Shown piece by piece: positions 22,153-36,014 of a stretch of DNA of 64,000 nt. The notes beneath the pieces are model-generated. The model was not told the origin of the DNA. It did no database searches and worked only from the letters and a program-made list of their open reading frames with translations. Origin of the DNA: Leucoraja erinacea (Eukaryota); assembly GCF_028641065.1 (NCBI RefSeq), contig NC_073388.1:2852001-2916000 (forward strand), read 5' to 3'. The translations under genes were made by a program, and so were the position numbers. Numbering within the stretch: the stretch's first letter is position 1; each line of letters begins with the position of its first letter.

Positions 22153-22839
22153 GCTTCTGCACATTATGCCACATATGTTTATATAAGAGATATTGATCAG
22201 GAAAAGCTATAAACTTAATCTTTTGGGACTTGGTGCTGCCTTAATAATATACATGAAGAAATGCAAACTGCTTGCATGTTTTAATGATGTATTTTATAGT
22301 CGTGGAAGTTATGTGCTGCTGAAGGGGCAAGATTATTTTTCTATTTGGCTTTCAGCCATCTTCTTGAATTGCTGCATTACTGCACTGAGGTATTAAAGAC
22401 TGCATTGAAATTATTCCTGCGGTGCACTTAAATCAGGAGGTCCAGGAGTCTGACTCACGAACAATGAAAGAAACATCAAAATATGCCCATTGAGGACAAG
22501 GTTGGGCAAGAAGTCAATGGACAAAGGGTTATTCCACTGCACACCTGGCAAACGGCCCCGTATACAGCCATAAGAAAAAAAGGCACAAAGTGCTGGAGTA
22601 ACCGAGTCAGGCTGCATCTGTGGAGAACATGGACAGATGACATTGCGAGTCGGGACTCTTCTTCAGACCATTTTCCTCCCAATATGAAACATCACCTATC
22701 GATGTTATCAGAGATGCGGCCTGACTCACTGAGTTACTCCAGCACTTTGCGCCTTTTTTAAACCAGCTCCTTATTTCTACATATCGTCATAGGAGCCTAG
22801 ATGAGTTGATGTATTGCATCTTTCACATAGGACACACTG

Positions 22840-23238
22840 CGGATTGTACTCGCTAGAATTTAGAAGATTGAGGGGTGATCTTATAGAAACTTACAAAATT
22901 CTTAAGGGGTTGGACAGGCTAAATGCAGGAAGATTGTTCCCGATGTTGGGGAAGTCCAGAACAAGGGGTCACAGTTTAAGGATAAGGGGGAAATCTTTTA
23001 GGACCGAGATGAGAAAAACATTTTTCACACTGCCACAGAAGGTAGTTGAGGCCAGTTCAGTGGCTATATTTAAGAGGGAGTTAGATGTGGCTCTTGTGGC
23101 TAAAGGTATCAGGGGGTATGGAGAGAAGGCAGGTACAGGATACCGAGTTGGATGATCAGCCATGATCATATTGAATGGCGGTGCAGGCTCGAAGGGCCGA
23201 ATGGCCTACTCCTGCACCTATTTTCTATGTTTCTATGT
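22840..23238 (+). mobile_element. Young CR1/HER1 LINE 3' fragment
   Basis: ORF 22814..23155 plus (TTTCTATG)n tail. Confidence 0.92.
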
Positions 23239-23917
23239 GTGCTCCTGGTGGAGGGAGTAAACATTTAAGCAATTGCTCTTACAGACGGCTTCAGCCTGGA
23301 CACTATCAGGTTTGAGTGTTGTTGAAGCTGCGTACATTCAGATTAGTGGAGAGTCTTCCACTATCCTCCTGAATCTGGGAGTTACTTACTGAAAATTTCC
23401 CAGCCTCTGACCACAGTTTAAGTGTGCGAACAGTCAAGAGCCTGAATGCGTTTATTACAGTACTTGAACAATTTCTGTCTGCAATAAGATTATTGATCAC
23501 TGCCCAAAATAGGATTAGGCCATCAACCCCTCAACCCTGCCCTCCAACATGATCATGGCTGACCTTCCCCAGGCCATCTTCTACTTTGCCAACCTTTAAT
23601 CTCTAGAGCTTTCTAAAATGTATCCACCTCCCCTTCAAATTTCCCCAACGTAGCCTCCACACCCTCCAGCGTTGAGACTTCCAGTGATTCATCATGCTCC
23701 GAGAGAAGAAACATGGAGCTGCAGATGCTGGTTTTTGATATCAATCAGCTCTTTAAATAATTAGAATGAGAAAAGACTGCAGAGGCGTGAACAAAAAACA
23801 AACTACTGGAGGAACTCCCATCAGTCTAAAGAAGGGCCCCGCACTGAAACGGCACCTATCCATGTTCTAACCAACATCTGCTGTTCCTTGTTTCTGCTGC
23901 AGGAACTCAGCGGGTGA

Positions 23918-24482
23918 AGGGCCTGTCCCACGAGCATACGACTCGATGCGGCAAGCGCGATCTAACGTGGTCGCTTGAGCCGTACGGCCTCGCGGGGCCG
24001 GTCCCACTTCGTTCGCCGGAGCCGTATGGAGTTCTGTGGAGTTGGTCCCAACATCGCCCGGGGCTCCGAAAAACTGACCATGTTCAAAAAATCCGCGCGG
24101 CAACGGCGTGCCGGTCCTCAGCCGCCTCGACGCCGTACACACCGCCTCGACGGCATACGCAGCGTCTTGACAGCGTACGTCACACGCAAACGTCCCGCGG
24201 ACTTCGCTCGAACTTCACGTCACTCACTCGACCTCCGCGTGGCCCCCGCTTCCGGTTTGGTCACGCTCACCGCATGCAGGCGCATGCTGGTGGGTCCAGC
24301 TCTGTACGGGGATCACTCGACCTCCGCGTGGCCCCCGCTTCCGGTTTGGTCATGCTCACCACATGCAGGCGCATGCTAGTGGGTCCAGCTCTGTACGGGG
24401 ATCACTCGACCTCCGCGTGGCCCCTGCTTCCGGTTTGGTCGCGCTTGCCGCATGCAGGTCGCATGCTCGTGGGACAGGCCCT
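23918..24482. mobile_element. PIF/Harbinger-like MITE
   Basis: Perfect 20-bp TIRs AGGGCCTGTCCCACGAGCAT / ATGCTCGTGGGACAGGCCCT; 3-bp flanks TGA/TTA; internal 89-bp tandem repeat. Confidence 0.8.
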
Positions 24483-25129
24483 TTAGGCAGCACAGAAGAA
24501 ATGCTGGAGTAACTCAGGACAGGCAGCATCTCTGGAGAGAAGGAATGGGTGATGTTTTGGGTTAAGATCCATCAGACGGAGTCAGGGGAGAGGGAAACTG
24601 GAGATATGGAAGGTACAGAGAGAATGTAAGGTGTGAATATATGGGCAAAATGGGCAGGCAACATTTCATTGAAGAGTATAGCACAAGTTTAGACACTTTG
24701 GGCCACAATGTCTGTGTCGAACATGGTGCCAAGTTAAACTAATCTCCTTGGCCTGCATGCGATCCATATTCCTCCATTCTCTGCATATCCATGAGCCTAT
24801 CTAAAAGCCACTATCTTAATCTGTCTCCGCCACCAATAATTTCAGGCACGTACCACTCTCGTATTATAAAAAATAAAAAAAATAAAAAAATCGCCTCACA
24901 AATCTTGAAGATTTTCCCCTCTCACCTTGAAACTATGGCCCCCAGACGTTGACATTTCCACCAGAGGAAAAAGATTCTGACTGTCTACACTATCTATGCC
25001 TCAATTTGATATACTTCCATCAGGTCTCCCCTCAGCCACTGACATTTCAGGTCAGGTCCGTTCTTCAGATCTCCATCTGTTGTGCTGGGAGTGCCCAACA
25101 ACAGACGCCCCCAGGATCACAGGGCCGGT

Positions 25130-25410
25130 CCAGTGGCGCAGTGATAGAGTTGCCGCCTTACAGCACCAGGGATCCAGGTTCAATCCTGTCTGTGAGCACC
25201 GTCAATACAGAGTTTGTACATTCTCCCAGTGTCCGTATGGGTTTTCTCCGGGTGCTCCAGTTTCCTACCACATTCCAAAGATGTGCAGGTTTGTAGGTTA
25301 ATTGGTTTCTGTAAATTCTCTCTAATGTGTAGGTTAGAACTGGTGAATGGGCCATCGGCCCGGACTCGGTGGTCCGAATGGCCTGTTTCTACGCTGTATC
25401 TCTAAACAAA
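25130..25410 (+). mobile_element. tRNA-derived V-SINE (HE1-like)
   Basis: A box tggcgcagtgatag, B box ggttcaatcc, central ggtgctccagtttcctaccacattccaaagatgtgc, tail gctgtatctctaaac. Confidence 0.85.
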
Positions 25411-25641
25411 TAAAACAACAATCCCCTGCAGCTCAGAAAAAGGGATGTACAAGAAATAACACCATCCCACATGGTGCCGGTGCAGAAATCCCATCAGAAC
25501 CGCAAAGTGAATGAGGCGTAGGAAGCACATGGTCAAACAACCCATCAACCATAAGTCGACACAGAGATGGACGTAAAACTATTTACCCGGGCTAAAGTGG
25601 TTTTCAATTACAAGCATTGTGAAACAATACTATGCAAACCA

Positions 25642-25761
25642 TTGTGTTTAAGAAGGAACTGCAGATGATCAGAAGAAGGGTTTCGGCCCGAAATGTTGCC
25701 TAGTTCCTTCGCTCCATAGATGCTGCTGCACCCGCTGAGTTTCTCCAGCATTTTTGTGTAC
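25642..25761 (+). mobile_element. Penelope-derived short element with 12-bp TSD
   Basis: TSD CTATGCAAACCA (25630-25641) and CTATGCAATCCA (25762-25773). Confidence 0.7.
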
Positions 25762-25874
25762 CTATGCAATCCAATGCCTGGGCAATTGTGCTCCAAATTT
25801 ATTAGAATGGAATCTTCTTCTCTAATCAGTAACAGCGCCTATCTGTTTACATATAATTTTCCTTATACAAGTAC

Positions 25875-26017
25875 CTTGATATCCGAGTGGAAGTTGTTGA
25901 TTTTCGGGTAGCCTGCATTCTCCAAGTGGTAATTAGCCCATCGTAACAGCAGTTCTTCTGGGGACAACTTCATCAGATCCTCCAGACTCTCGCCATCACG
26001 GAGCAGAGCCACCAAAG
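25875..26017 (-). CDS. PLS3: Plastin-3 coding exon 7 ([48 protein letters not shown])
   Basis: 143 nt, cag/gtact boundaries. Confidence 0.96.
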
Positions 26018-27113
26018 CTGCGGAACAGGTTCCCATTAGTCATAGACTTAGGTTTATTATCACGTGCACCAAGGCACAGCGAAAAACTTATGCAATCAGA
26101 TAAGATAAGTACATAAATACGCTCTGATCAAACTCAAGTACAATAGGTAGAGCAAAGGGGAAGACACGGTGCAGAATATTATTCGCAGCATTGTTGTGCA
26201 TCAGTTTCATAGACAAATTCAATGCCTGCATGGGGTAGAGGTGAATCAGACAGTAACCGGCCATTCAGAAGTATGATAACAGAGGGAAAGAACCTGTTCC
26301 TGAATATCGTGACTCTCTCTGACAATAGTTATTCATTTGTTTTATACCAGTGCCAAACATTGGCATGTAAATTAACTCAGTCACAGCTGGGTTAATATTC
26401 TCTGTTGCTGCATCAGAGCTTTACTAACAGGCAGGACAAGATCTCTCTAATTTGCATTCCTCCCTGATTTGTATTTCTCCCTCTTTGCCAATGAAGGATT
26501 AAAATAAAGGATGCTCAACAGGTCAGTGCACAACCAGAGCCTCGTGTCATTTGACCGAGAACCCCGAATTCATCATTCAGAATAAACCAATACCACAGTG
26601 CCCATCACTGGGAGCATCTACAGATTGGACAGAAGACAAAGCCGGTATTACAGGAACACAACGATACAAAAGCTGTCAGCCTGCAGCAGAAGCAACGCAC
26701 AAGGACTTGCCACGATAATGAGATCTGTTTACTTATTATTCCAGCATTCCGTCTTTATCAATCAGTCTAAACAGATACAAGCAGGCAAAAAATATGTTCT
26801 CCGACCACTCTTTAAAGAATCAATTCAATCTTTTTCACTGAAAGGCTTCTACAGTGGTTACAGGACAATCAGGTTGCAAAATATCCTCAGTCTACACGAT
26901 ATACGTCGAAGCATTAATCACCCGTGCATAGAAACATAGAAAATAGTTGCAGGAGTAGGCCATTCGGCCCTTCAAGCCTGCACCGCCATTCAATATGATC
27001 ATGGTTGATCATAATGGCTGTGCAAATCTCTAAACGATGGGCGCAGTCGTATTGATTTAAGGTTTATTGTCATGTGTACCGAGATGAAGTGAAAAGTTTT
27101 GTTTTGCATGCCA

Positions 27114-27557
27114 GTAGACAATAGGTGCAGGAGGAGGCCATTCTGCCCTTTGAGCAAGCACCGCCATTCATTGTGATCATGGCTGATCATCCACAATCAG
27201 TACCCCGTTCCTGCCTTTGCATATCCCTTGAATCCACTATCTTTAAGAGCTCTATCTAACTCTCTCTTGAAAGCCTCCAGAGAATTGGCCTCCGCTGCCT
27301 TCTGAGGCAGAGAATTCCAGATTCACAACTGTGTGAAAAAGTGTTTCCTCGTCTGTTCCAGATGGCTTAACCCCGATTCTTAAACTGTGGCCCCTGGTTC
27401 TGGACTGTCCCAACATCGGGAACATGTTTCCTGTCGCTAGCGTGTCCAAACCCTTAATAATCTGATACGTTTCAATAAGATCCCCTCTCATCCTTCTAAA
27501 TTCCAGAGTATACAAGCCCAGCCGCTCCATTCTATTAACATATGACAGTCCTGCCAT
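27114..27557 (-). mobile_element. CR1 LINE 3' fragment nested in a Rex1-type 3' end (27058-27800, - strand)
   Basis: ORF 27252..27557; the flanks join into the same tail family seen at 26050-26305 and 54650-55100. Confidence 0.85.
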
Positions 27558-29026
27558 CCATGCAGATAAATAACACTATACATAAATGCATTCAAATCAA
27601 ACTCGTGCAATAGGTAGGACAAAGAGAAAGATGCGGGGTGCAGAATTTTGTTCTCAGCATTGTAGCGTATCAATTCCAGAGACAAAGTTCCATATCCACA
27701 ATTAGGTTGAGGTGAATTGGACATACCCTAGCTTATGGAAGGACCATTCAGAAGCCTGATAACAGAGGGCAAGAAGCTGTTCCTGTGTCTGGTGGTGTGC
27801 AGCTGGAATGTTGGAAATATTTAGCAGTTTACTTCTGAATTGCAAATATGGTATGAAGAGTCAAAGAGACTCCCAGGCCCAAGTCATGAATGTTTGTATC
27901 CTGAGCATCCCCAATTTTAATTAGCCCATCAAGGCAGTCATGAAATGAACAAAACCAACCTGAGGTTTTCAGTTTCCCACTTAAATATATTCCTATATTC
28001 TCTGCTTCTTACATTTAAACTTTTTGGCAAACTGTCCTAAAGTCTTAAGTTTTGTGAAATTTAACTAATTTTACGAACAGTAAGCCACAACAAATGCAGG
28101 ATAGCACGCAAACAAAGCTTTTCACTGTACCTTGGTACCCTTGACATTAATAAACTATGCCAACAGTATAGAGATTTTGAAATAGCAACAGGAGGCCAGG
28201 TGATCGCTACCTTGACTTTGTTTGAGTTTTGATAACATTGCGAATCAAAACAATGGATTATTCAGCCAATTGGAAACACAATTCAAGTTTTAAGAAGATG
28301 AGATTAAAAATATTTTAATAAGTACTGCAAATATTCATTGTCTGAAATAAATACTAAATGTTGGAAATATTCAGTATGTCTGGAAGCATCTGTGGAAACA
28401 GAGTTGCTGCTTCAGTGTGCTGGAAAAATGGAGACCAACATGTTTTAAGATGCAGAAGGGAGAGGGGTGGAGAGAACAAAAGGGATGACTCTGATATGGT
28501 GGAGACCAAGAGAGATGAATAAAAAAAAGTAGCGGCCACATTGGCTGAGAACATCTAGTTAGTGTAGATGATCAGCTTGAAGATGCAACTGAATAATCCA
28601 GAATGAAACTCGGACCTCAACACCCAAATTACAGGGAGACATTTCTAAAACTACATTGTGCACCTCAGTATATGTTTAGTGATTATTCGATTTAATTTTT
28701 CATATCAATTTATGGAGCTAATGGAGCTTTTGTGAAAATCTCTCTACTCATGAAGATATGTAGACCTAAAGATTACTCAGCTTCTCCCGAATGAAGCTGG
28801 GAGATAATTCTGCATGGAGAATATCTAGACTTTTCTCTTCCACAAATAGCAGTTGATATTAGTTTGTCAACTTTGAAATCGGAGAATGACAGATTTTGTT
28901 AACCAAATGTATTAAGCTAAGAGAAAAGATGATCACTTGGAATTAACTCAAGCATCAGCCCCGATTGCACTGAATGCTGAAAATGGCAGAAGATATATAA
29001 CCCACTCAAGACTCCACATTCCTTTA

Positions 29027-29206
<180 letters not shown>

Positions 29207-30289
29207 CTATGTAAATTAAACATTTGGATATATGATCAGGCTTTACATGCAAGAAGTAAACAGTCAGACGTAGGTTGCTCAAGAGATTTTAGTAGATCAA
29301 TTCATAATACATAGGAGCAGAATTAGGCCATTTGGCCCATCGAGTCTGCTCCACCATTCAATTTTGGCTGATCTATTTTGCTGCCACAACCCTATCCTCC
29401 TGTTTTCTCCCTATATCCTTTGATATTCTTATTCATCAAGAATCTATCAATCCATGCTTTAAGAATAACCAATGGCTTGGACTCCACAGCCATCTCTGGC
29501 AATTAATTCCACACATTTACAACCCTCTGGCAAAATAAATTCCTAATCATCGCCACTCTAAGTGATGCAATTATATAATGCAACCTATGAGTGCAACAAG
29601 ATCGTTCTCACTATAACTGATGTTAAAACCCTGAAAACTCTCAATAGAACACTGTAGAAAGACTGTAGAAAGTTCAGGACTCCTTAATATTCGCCCCCCC
29701 CCCCCCCACCCTAAAGATGCTGACTGACCTGCTGAGTGTTTGCAGCATTTTCCATTTTAATTTGTGCTCACATTTCCCAACAAGACTCGCTACCTATTCA
29801 GTTCATTGTTACAAGCAGGAGCAAAATCTTCCAAAGGCCCTCAACAGAACCAAAAGGCCACTAGATGCTTGGGACTATCCACAACATGATAATAAGTGCC
29901 TGGTCTGGCCAGACAGTACTTATCTATGAAAAAGCCTTCAAGTTCATATAATTTTGCTGATAATAATTCACCCATGAGAAATAAAATGATCTGATATACA
30001 TACTGCTTTCCTTGTCCTATCATCTAATATTTTAATCTCACAATGTTCACTCATACTGGAATATGGATACAGGAACACCATCAGTCCTCGCCAATCTAAT
30101 CATATGAGAGTCATGAAATCCAAGCTTTGGAGACCATCACTCAGAAGAAGATCTAACACTTCACTGGGGACCCCAAAAAGGATATGATCCACTGATAACT
30201 TGCACACAAAACTGTAAACATACCATGCATAAAATTCAAGATTCAACTTTCTGTCATTTCATTCAGTTTCATGGAGGCTGCAGAAGGTA

Positions 30290-30600
30290 TTTAGTTTAGT
30301 TTAGAGATGCAGCATGGAAACAGGCCCTTTGGCCCACCGGATCCATGCCGACCGACGATCACCCATACACTAATTCTATCCTACCCACTAGGGATAGTCT
30401 ACAGAAGCCAAGTAACCTACAAACCTGCACGTCTTTAGGATGTGGGAGGAAACCGGAGTACCCGGCGAAAACCCATGCAGTCACAGGCTGAACGTACAAA
30501 CTGAACGTACAGACAGCACCCATAGTCAAGATCGAACCCAGCAAGGTAGCAACTTCTAGCACCGCAAGGCAGCAACTCTACTGCTGCGCCATTGTGCTGC
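30290..30600 (-). mobile_element. tRNA-derived V-SINE (HE1-like)
   Basis: Same motifs as 25130-25410. Further copies at about 18150-18430 (+), 19420-19605 (-), 34400-34570 (-) and 38730-39010 (-). Confidence 0.85.
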
Positions 30601-31809
30601 CCTTGAAAATCTAAAGAAATTTGATGGAAACAATGCCTCCTGATTCATTTGATATTCGGAGATCTTGGAACCCTGATCTGCCCACTACATTCCTTACAAG
30701 ACCAACTCCCAATCAAGCTGATAAACTCTCAATGGAGGGTTTCTCAGGAATTATGTTTGTACTTCAGTTTGCTGAAGATTAAAACAGTTTATATCAAAAG
30801 TCAATATTTGGACTTTCCCGTTGTGTTTAAACTCCAATGACTGCTAGGCTATTCACTCTCCACATTCTTTGAAATCTTGTCTAAAAGCTGTTCCAGTCCA
30901 TCGAGTAACAACAATACTGGCAGTGATATGGTGAAGCCTTTTGTGAAGTTGAAAGTCTCTATGAGATCTGACAGTAGAATTTCATTGGACTCATTCTGCA
31001 TGTGCCATTTTCTGAAAGAGGGTACTCCTCAGTTTCCTTCACCCCCACCCTATCTCCCTAGCCTCAAAACCCCCTGCTCTGAACCTACCATTAAAAGCAA
31101 GTTAAAACTATGATCACCTCCTCCAATACAAGCAAATTGGGCAAGGATCTGACCATACAATAACGAGTTCTTAGTGTCATATCCTTGTTTCCAATCTTGA
31201 TCTCAGAAAAGGTTATTGCAGATGAAAACAGATTAATGGACAATGACTAGTAAGGAAGTAACATTGTTAGAATATTGAGACACAAGAAACAGCAGATGTT
31301 GTAATTTTGAGCACAACACAAGTATTGAAGAAATTCAGCAGATCAGGCAGTATCTGTGGAGAAAATGGACAGACAACGTTTGAGGTCAGGTCCTTTCTTA
31401 AAAACATAGAAAATAGGTGCAGGAGTAGGCCATTCGGCACTCCGAGCCAGCACCGCCAATATGTCCATGGCTGATCATCCAGAATCAGTACCCCATTCCT
31501 GTTTTCTCCTCATATCCCTCGATTCTGTTACCCCTAAGAACTATATCCAACTCTCTCTTGAATACATCCAGTGAATTGGCCTCCACTGCCTACTGTGGCA
31601 GGGAATTCTTCAGGCTCTGAAGTCTGATAAGTCGCTCTCAAAACATCATCTGTCTATTTTCTCCTCAGATGCCACCTGTCCTGCTGAACTCCTCCAGCAA
31701 TTTGTGTTTTATTGTTGGAATATTGTTTGTAATATTTCAGTCCAAGAATTTGAGTCTCATCGAGAGATTAATGATAAGCATCATGTACGATCACAATGCA
31801 ATCAGTTAC

Positions 31810-31891
31810 CTGAATGGTAAATGCCGTGAGCTTTTTTTTGTTGATAGTTCTTTCATCAATTGTATCTGGCACAGAGAGGTTGATCATTTTG
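31810..31891 (-). CDS. PLS3: Plastin-3 coding exon 5 ([27 protein letters not shown])
   Basis: 82 nt, cag/gtaac boundaries; within ORF 31768..32025. Confidence 0.96.
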
Positions 31892-33020
31892 CTGAAAGAG
31901 GAAGGTGGGTGATTACTGACGCAGCAAATCCCTTGGCATCTCAAACACAAATAATAATGCAATTTATGGCTGTGACAGAAGATTTTGGATTCAGTTCCCA
32001 TCATCATCTGCACAAACAAGTTCAAGATTTCAAAATCATATCACAGCATTTCATTTCAGTTGCAATAGCAGAAGCATTTACTTGGATAACTATTATTACA
32101 GTCAGTGAGAAGTCTGATGTTGAAATCAATACATCTTATTACTTAAAATATAAAAGAAAAGTAACCCAGAAAACTGATTCAGGATTGAAATTGATTTTCC
32201 AGCTCTCTAGGATGAAAGTTTGCCTTTCATTCTCAGTCTGCAACTCCACAATACTCTCTGAAGAAGCCTAATCAATCCCTCTTTTCTAAAAGCAACGATA
32301 CCAAACAGGTACAACTCGTGTACAGAGCAATAAGGCACCACACTGAACCTCCTAACCCTGTGCACATTTTAATAAAAAAAAAAAAATTGGTTACATAATA
32401 TTTTAAGTCTTTTCCAAATTCAGTTGCCAGAGGTTTAAGTAGATGGCATTTCAGGGGTTGATTCAAGAGATGCATAAACAAAGCAAACTTATTCAACCTT
32501 CGATTTTGGACGTGTTCACAATGTTTGGACAAATCAGCAGTGCTCAATCGATCATTTCACACGATGTCAAAGTTCACTTATGCTTTGCAATCTTGTCAGT
32601 ACATTAGGTAAACAGGTCTCAATGTGGCAATGTTTGACCTTGGTCAGATTTTACCTCCGTTTGATGTGGACTGAAATTGTGGCAGGTTTAAAAAAAAAAA
32701 AAAAGCAGTAATTTTTCATAGAAACATACATCATGGAAAAATGCCCTTCAGTACACTCCAACCATCAAGCTCCCTATCACACCCAAGATAGACTAATCCC
32801 ATTTTGCTCTCTCCACAATTAATGGTGCTGAATAACTTGGAGGGGATACTGAGCAGAGATAATACTCAAAATGGATGCATTTTCAAACACATGACATGGG
32901 CAGAATTTCACTGTGTGCTGTTAGATTCGATGAAAAGGGGTTATAATCTATATTGACGATAGATACAAAAGATTGGAGTAACTCAGCGGGACAGACAGCA
33001 TCTTTGGAGAGAAGGAACGG

Positions 33021-33053
33021 GTGACGTTTCGGGTTGAGACCCTTCTTCAGTCT
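33021..33053 (-). ncRNA. Minimal type I hammerhead ribozyme motif in a Penelope-derived repeat
   Basis: The minus strand reads agaCUGAAGA-a-gggucucaaccc-GAAA-cGUC-ac, i.e. CUGANGA box, stem II, GAAA box, palindromic ACGU stem III and a GUC cleavage triplet. Confidence 0.55.
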
Positions 33054-33959
33054 GTCGCTTTAAACCAGTATCTGCCGTTCCTTCTTACACATAAAATCTA
33101 TGTTGTCGGTTAACATTTTTGGCACAAAGGCAGTTTTGATGGCTGCAATGAAATGCGAGCAGGATGCAACAAATGGCATAATAAGCAGCAAAATGAGCTT
33201 GATTCAAAAATGGTCCTTTCTGCCAGACAAAGGCTGGAGATGCACGGCTAGTAATGGATGACGAAGTACTGAGAAATGCGTCTGCCAGCAGAGTGATCAC
33301 ACAGCTTAAGTTGCAGTTCTCTGAAAGGGATGCGCGCCGCGGGACACATTTCTTTTAGACGACACAATGAACAAAACATTCAGTGAGCTAATAGCAGATT
33401 AAAGGTTTACACTCATTAATGTGTGTGCTAATTATAGCACTGGAGTTTGAATGTGAGAAAATCTATCCATTCAATTATCCAAATAATGTGCTTACACAAT
33501 AAATTACTGTTAAGAGTTTAGTTTTTAAATCAGAGAAGGTGGGCTGCTTTTTTTTTACATTCAGCATAAGTAGTAATTTTAAAGGTAAACACACTCCTTC
33601 CTGAAACAACATCAGAGAGGAATAGTGGCAAGTAAATGGATGAATGCGAACAGGCCAAATTTCTGATGGAGAAAAATACCAAATAATGATCCAATCAACT
33701 GCAATCGGATCACAATTTCCACAGTCCGACAAAATGTTGTTGTTTTCAAGAACAAATAGACTCGAAACAACAATGTCTAGAAATATTTATTATCATCTTG
33801 ATACTTAAAGGTCAAAATTCCATGGTTTGTTTTCTTATTCGAATTGACCCAATATAATTATGACTGGCAAAATATACAGTGTTGCACAATGATGAAACAA
33901 AAAACATACAATAGATTAATTGTGCCAACTGCATCACCAGTAAAATTGATGCAACTCAC

Positions 33960-34092
33960 CAGAGTACAATGCCATTGTCGACAGCTTTGAACAGAGCATC
34001 TGTGTTGGGATCCATAGGCAGCATTCCACTACAATCTGGATCTTTCTCCAAAGCCTTGTTTATCCAGTTAACAAAGGCATACTTTTCCTCTT
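33960..34092 (-). CDS. PLS3: Plastin-3 coding exon 4 ([21 protein letters not shown]...AVDNGIVLC; start of CH1)
   Basis: 133 nt, cag/gtgagt boundaries, manual translation. Confidence 0.96.
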
Positions 34093-34853
34093 CTGTCATT
34101 ACAAGAAAAAGAAAAGTAACTTAGATTTCAAAACTTAATATGATGATTAATATTTTGTAATGCACTATGTTCTAAACTCACGTTTGTTTTAACTGTCATC
34201 CAGCAGGCAATAGATATTAATCATTACTTTCTGAACGAGGAAGCTAAAAGTCATCAGATGGGTGCATTTGCCCCATAAGATCCACCCTGGCTCTGGGGAA
34301 CAATCGTATTTGTTCCATTCTTCATCCTCCTCTCCTTATTCCCCTGCAATCTATTCTCCCTCACACATCCAACCCATTCTCCCTCAAACACTTGATTTTG
34401 CCATTAACCTAGACAAAGAGGTAACTTACATCAGCCAATTAACCCACTCGGAAATCTTGGGAATGTGAGAGGAAACTGAAGCATAGAGAGAAGGTAGAAC
34501 TCTGCACGGAGGGCACCCAAGGTCAGAATCACAATCTGGCCCCTGTTGTTGAGCAGCATTGCTCTACCAAACATTTCGGATTCACAAGAAAAATAAAATT
34601 GAGATTTAAAACATTTATTATCAAGCAGAGGATGAAGGAAGAACTTAGTGTTGATACTTACGGAGGCAAGAGATATACATAATGAGGGAAACTCTTTGAC
34701 ATACAATTATTTCTTCACTCACAATCCAACAAAATGTGGCTAATCTGCTTCTATCCCAGCTTCAACCACATTCCAACAATTAGCTATCCTAGAGTATGAA
34801 CCCAAAAGGTACCCCTGCTGACAGCCCACAATTCGTATAAACATCAGGTTCAC

Positions 34854-35644
34854 TCCTGCAGGGGTGGCGGTGCTGCCTTAGCAGCTACGGCTCGCCTGCA
34901 GTCCGTCTGTTCTTTCTTTTTTTTGTTGTTCTTTTTGTCCTGTTTTAGTTAATTCTGTTTTATTAGGTTGTGTATGTGTGTGGGTGAGTGGGAGAAACAT
35001 GTTTTTGGTCTCTTCCTTTGGGGGGGGCGGGGGATGCGACTTTTCTTGTCGTATTCCCCGTCTCCGTCTGCGCCGAGGACTAATGGCAGAGCTGGCGGCC
35101 TTGGGGCTGTGGCGGCGTTCCGGCGTCAGCGGCGACCCGACCCGGCCTCGGAGCTGTGGCGGCGACCCGACATCGGAGGCTCGGCCGCGGGCCCAGTGGA
35201 CGACATCGTCGGGAGCTCGCGGGTCACAGGTTGGTGACCTGTTTTTCCGGAGCTCCCGCAACAACAGCTGCGTCCGCTGGACTGGAGGGCCGTAGCTTCG
35301 GCAGCTTCAACCGCCCCGGGCCGCGGAGTTTGAACCGGCATGTTCGCGGCGCTTAGATTCAGCCGCGGGACTGACATTACTTACCATTGCCCGGCGGGGT
35401 CACACCATCCGAAGCCTGGATCGCCTCGACGCAGAGGGAGAACAAGGAAGGAAGAGACAGACTTTAAGATTTTTACCTTCCATCACAGTGAGGAGGTGCC
35501 TGGTGAACTCACTGTGGTGGATGTTAAATGGGTTTATTGTGTGTTTTTGTCATTTTTATTATATGTATGACTGCAAGGCAACAAAATTTCGTTCAGACCA
35601 AAAGGTCTGAATGACAAAAATAGTTTAAAAATTCAAAATTCAAT
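34854..35644 (+). mobile_element. CpG-rich non-coding retroposon, copy C
   Basis: TSD TCAGGTTCAC (34844-34853) and TCAGATTCAC (35645-35654); 3' hairpin ttcagacc/ggtctgaa, then tgac and (ATTCA)n tail. Confidence 0.78.
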
Positions 35645-35805
35645 TCAGATTCACAGCCCTCAAGATCTGGTTGGCAGCATGACTTAGCTTCAAACACACT
35701 CTCTCTCTCTCTCAAATAAACATCTGAAAGTTACCTTAAAGTATTTTCATTCATTTTCAAGATTGTGAGGCTTCAGAAAACAAGTAGCAGCATTGAACGG
35801 GGTAC

Positions 35806-35935
35806 CTGAATAAGAATGCTGAGTTCCTTCACTTGACTGAAGCGAGGTACCGCCAATAGCACAGATGCCTTCTCTCCTGTTGATTGCCATTCTGAACGTT
35901 TTTGCAACATGACTACTTTTCAGATTTTGAACAAT
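35806..35935 (-). CDS. PLS3: Plastin-3 coding exon 3 ([43 protein letters not shown])
   Basis: 130 nt, cag/gtacc boundaries; plastin linker motif [14 protein letters not shown]. Confidence 0.96.
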
Positions 35936-36014
35936 CTGTGAAAATGGGAACATTTGAGTTTAAATGGATAAAATGAGGCACAGCATTGATCGTGGCTAGC
36001 AAAGGATCCATGTA

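Noticed and set aside
24225-24470. CRISPR-like repeat array
   Set aside because: These are contiguous tandem units without unique spacers, inside a eukaryotic MITE.
25130-25200. tRNA-like A/B boxes as a true tRNA gene
   Set aside because: They are followed by a SINE body and tail and recur in many decayed copies.
31669-32271. 200-aa plus-strand ORF
   Set aside because: It is antisense to a PLS3 exon, starts in a Penelope-derived repeat, and has no recognisable domain.
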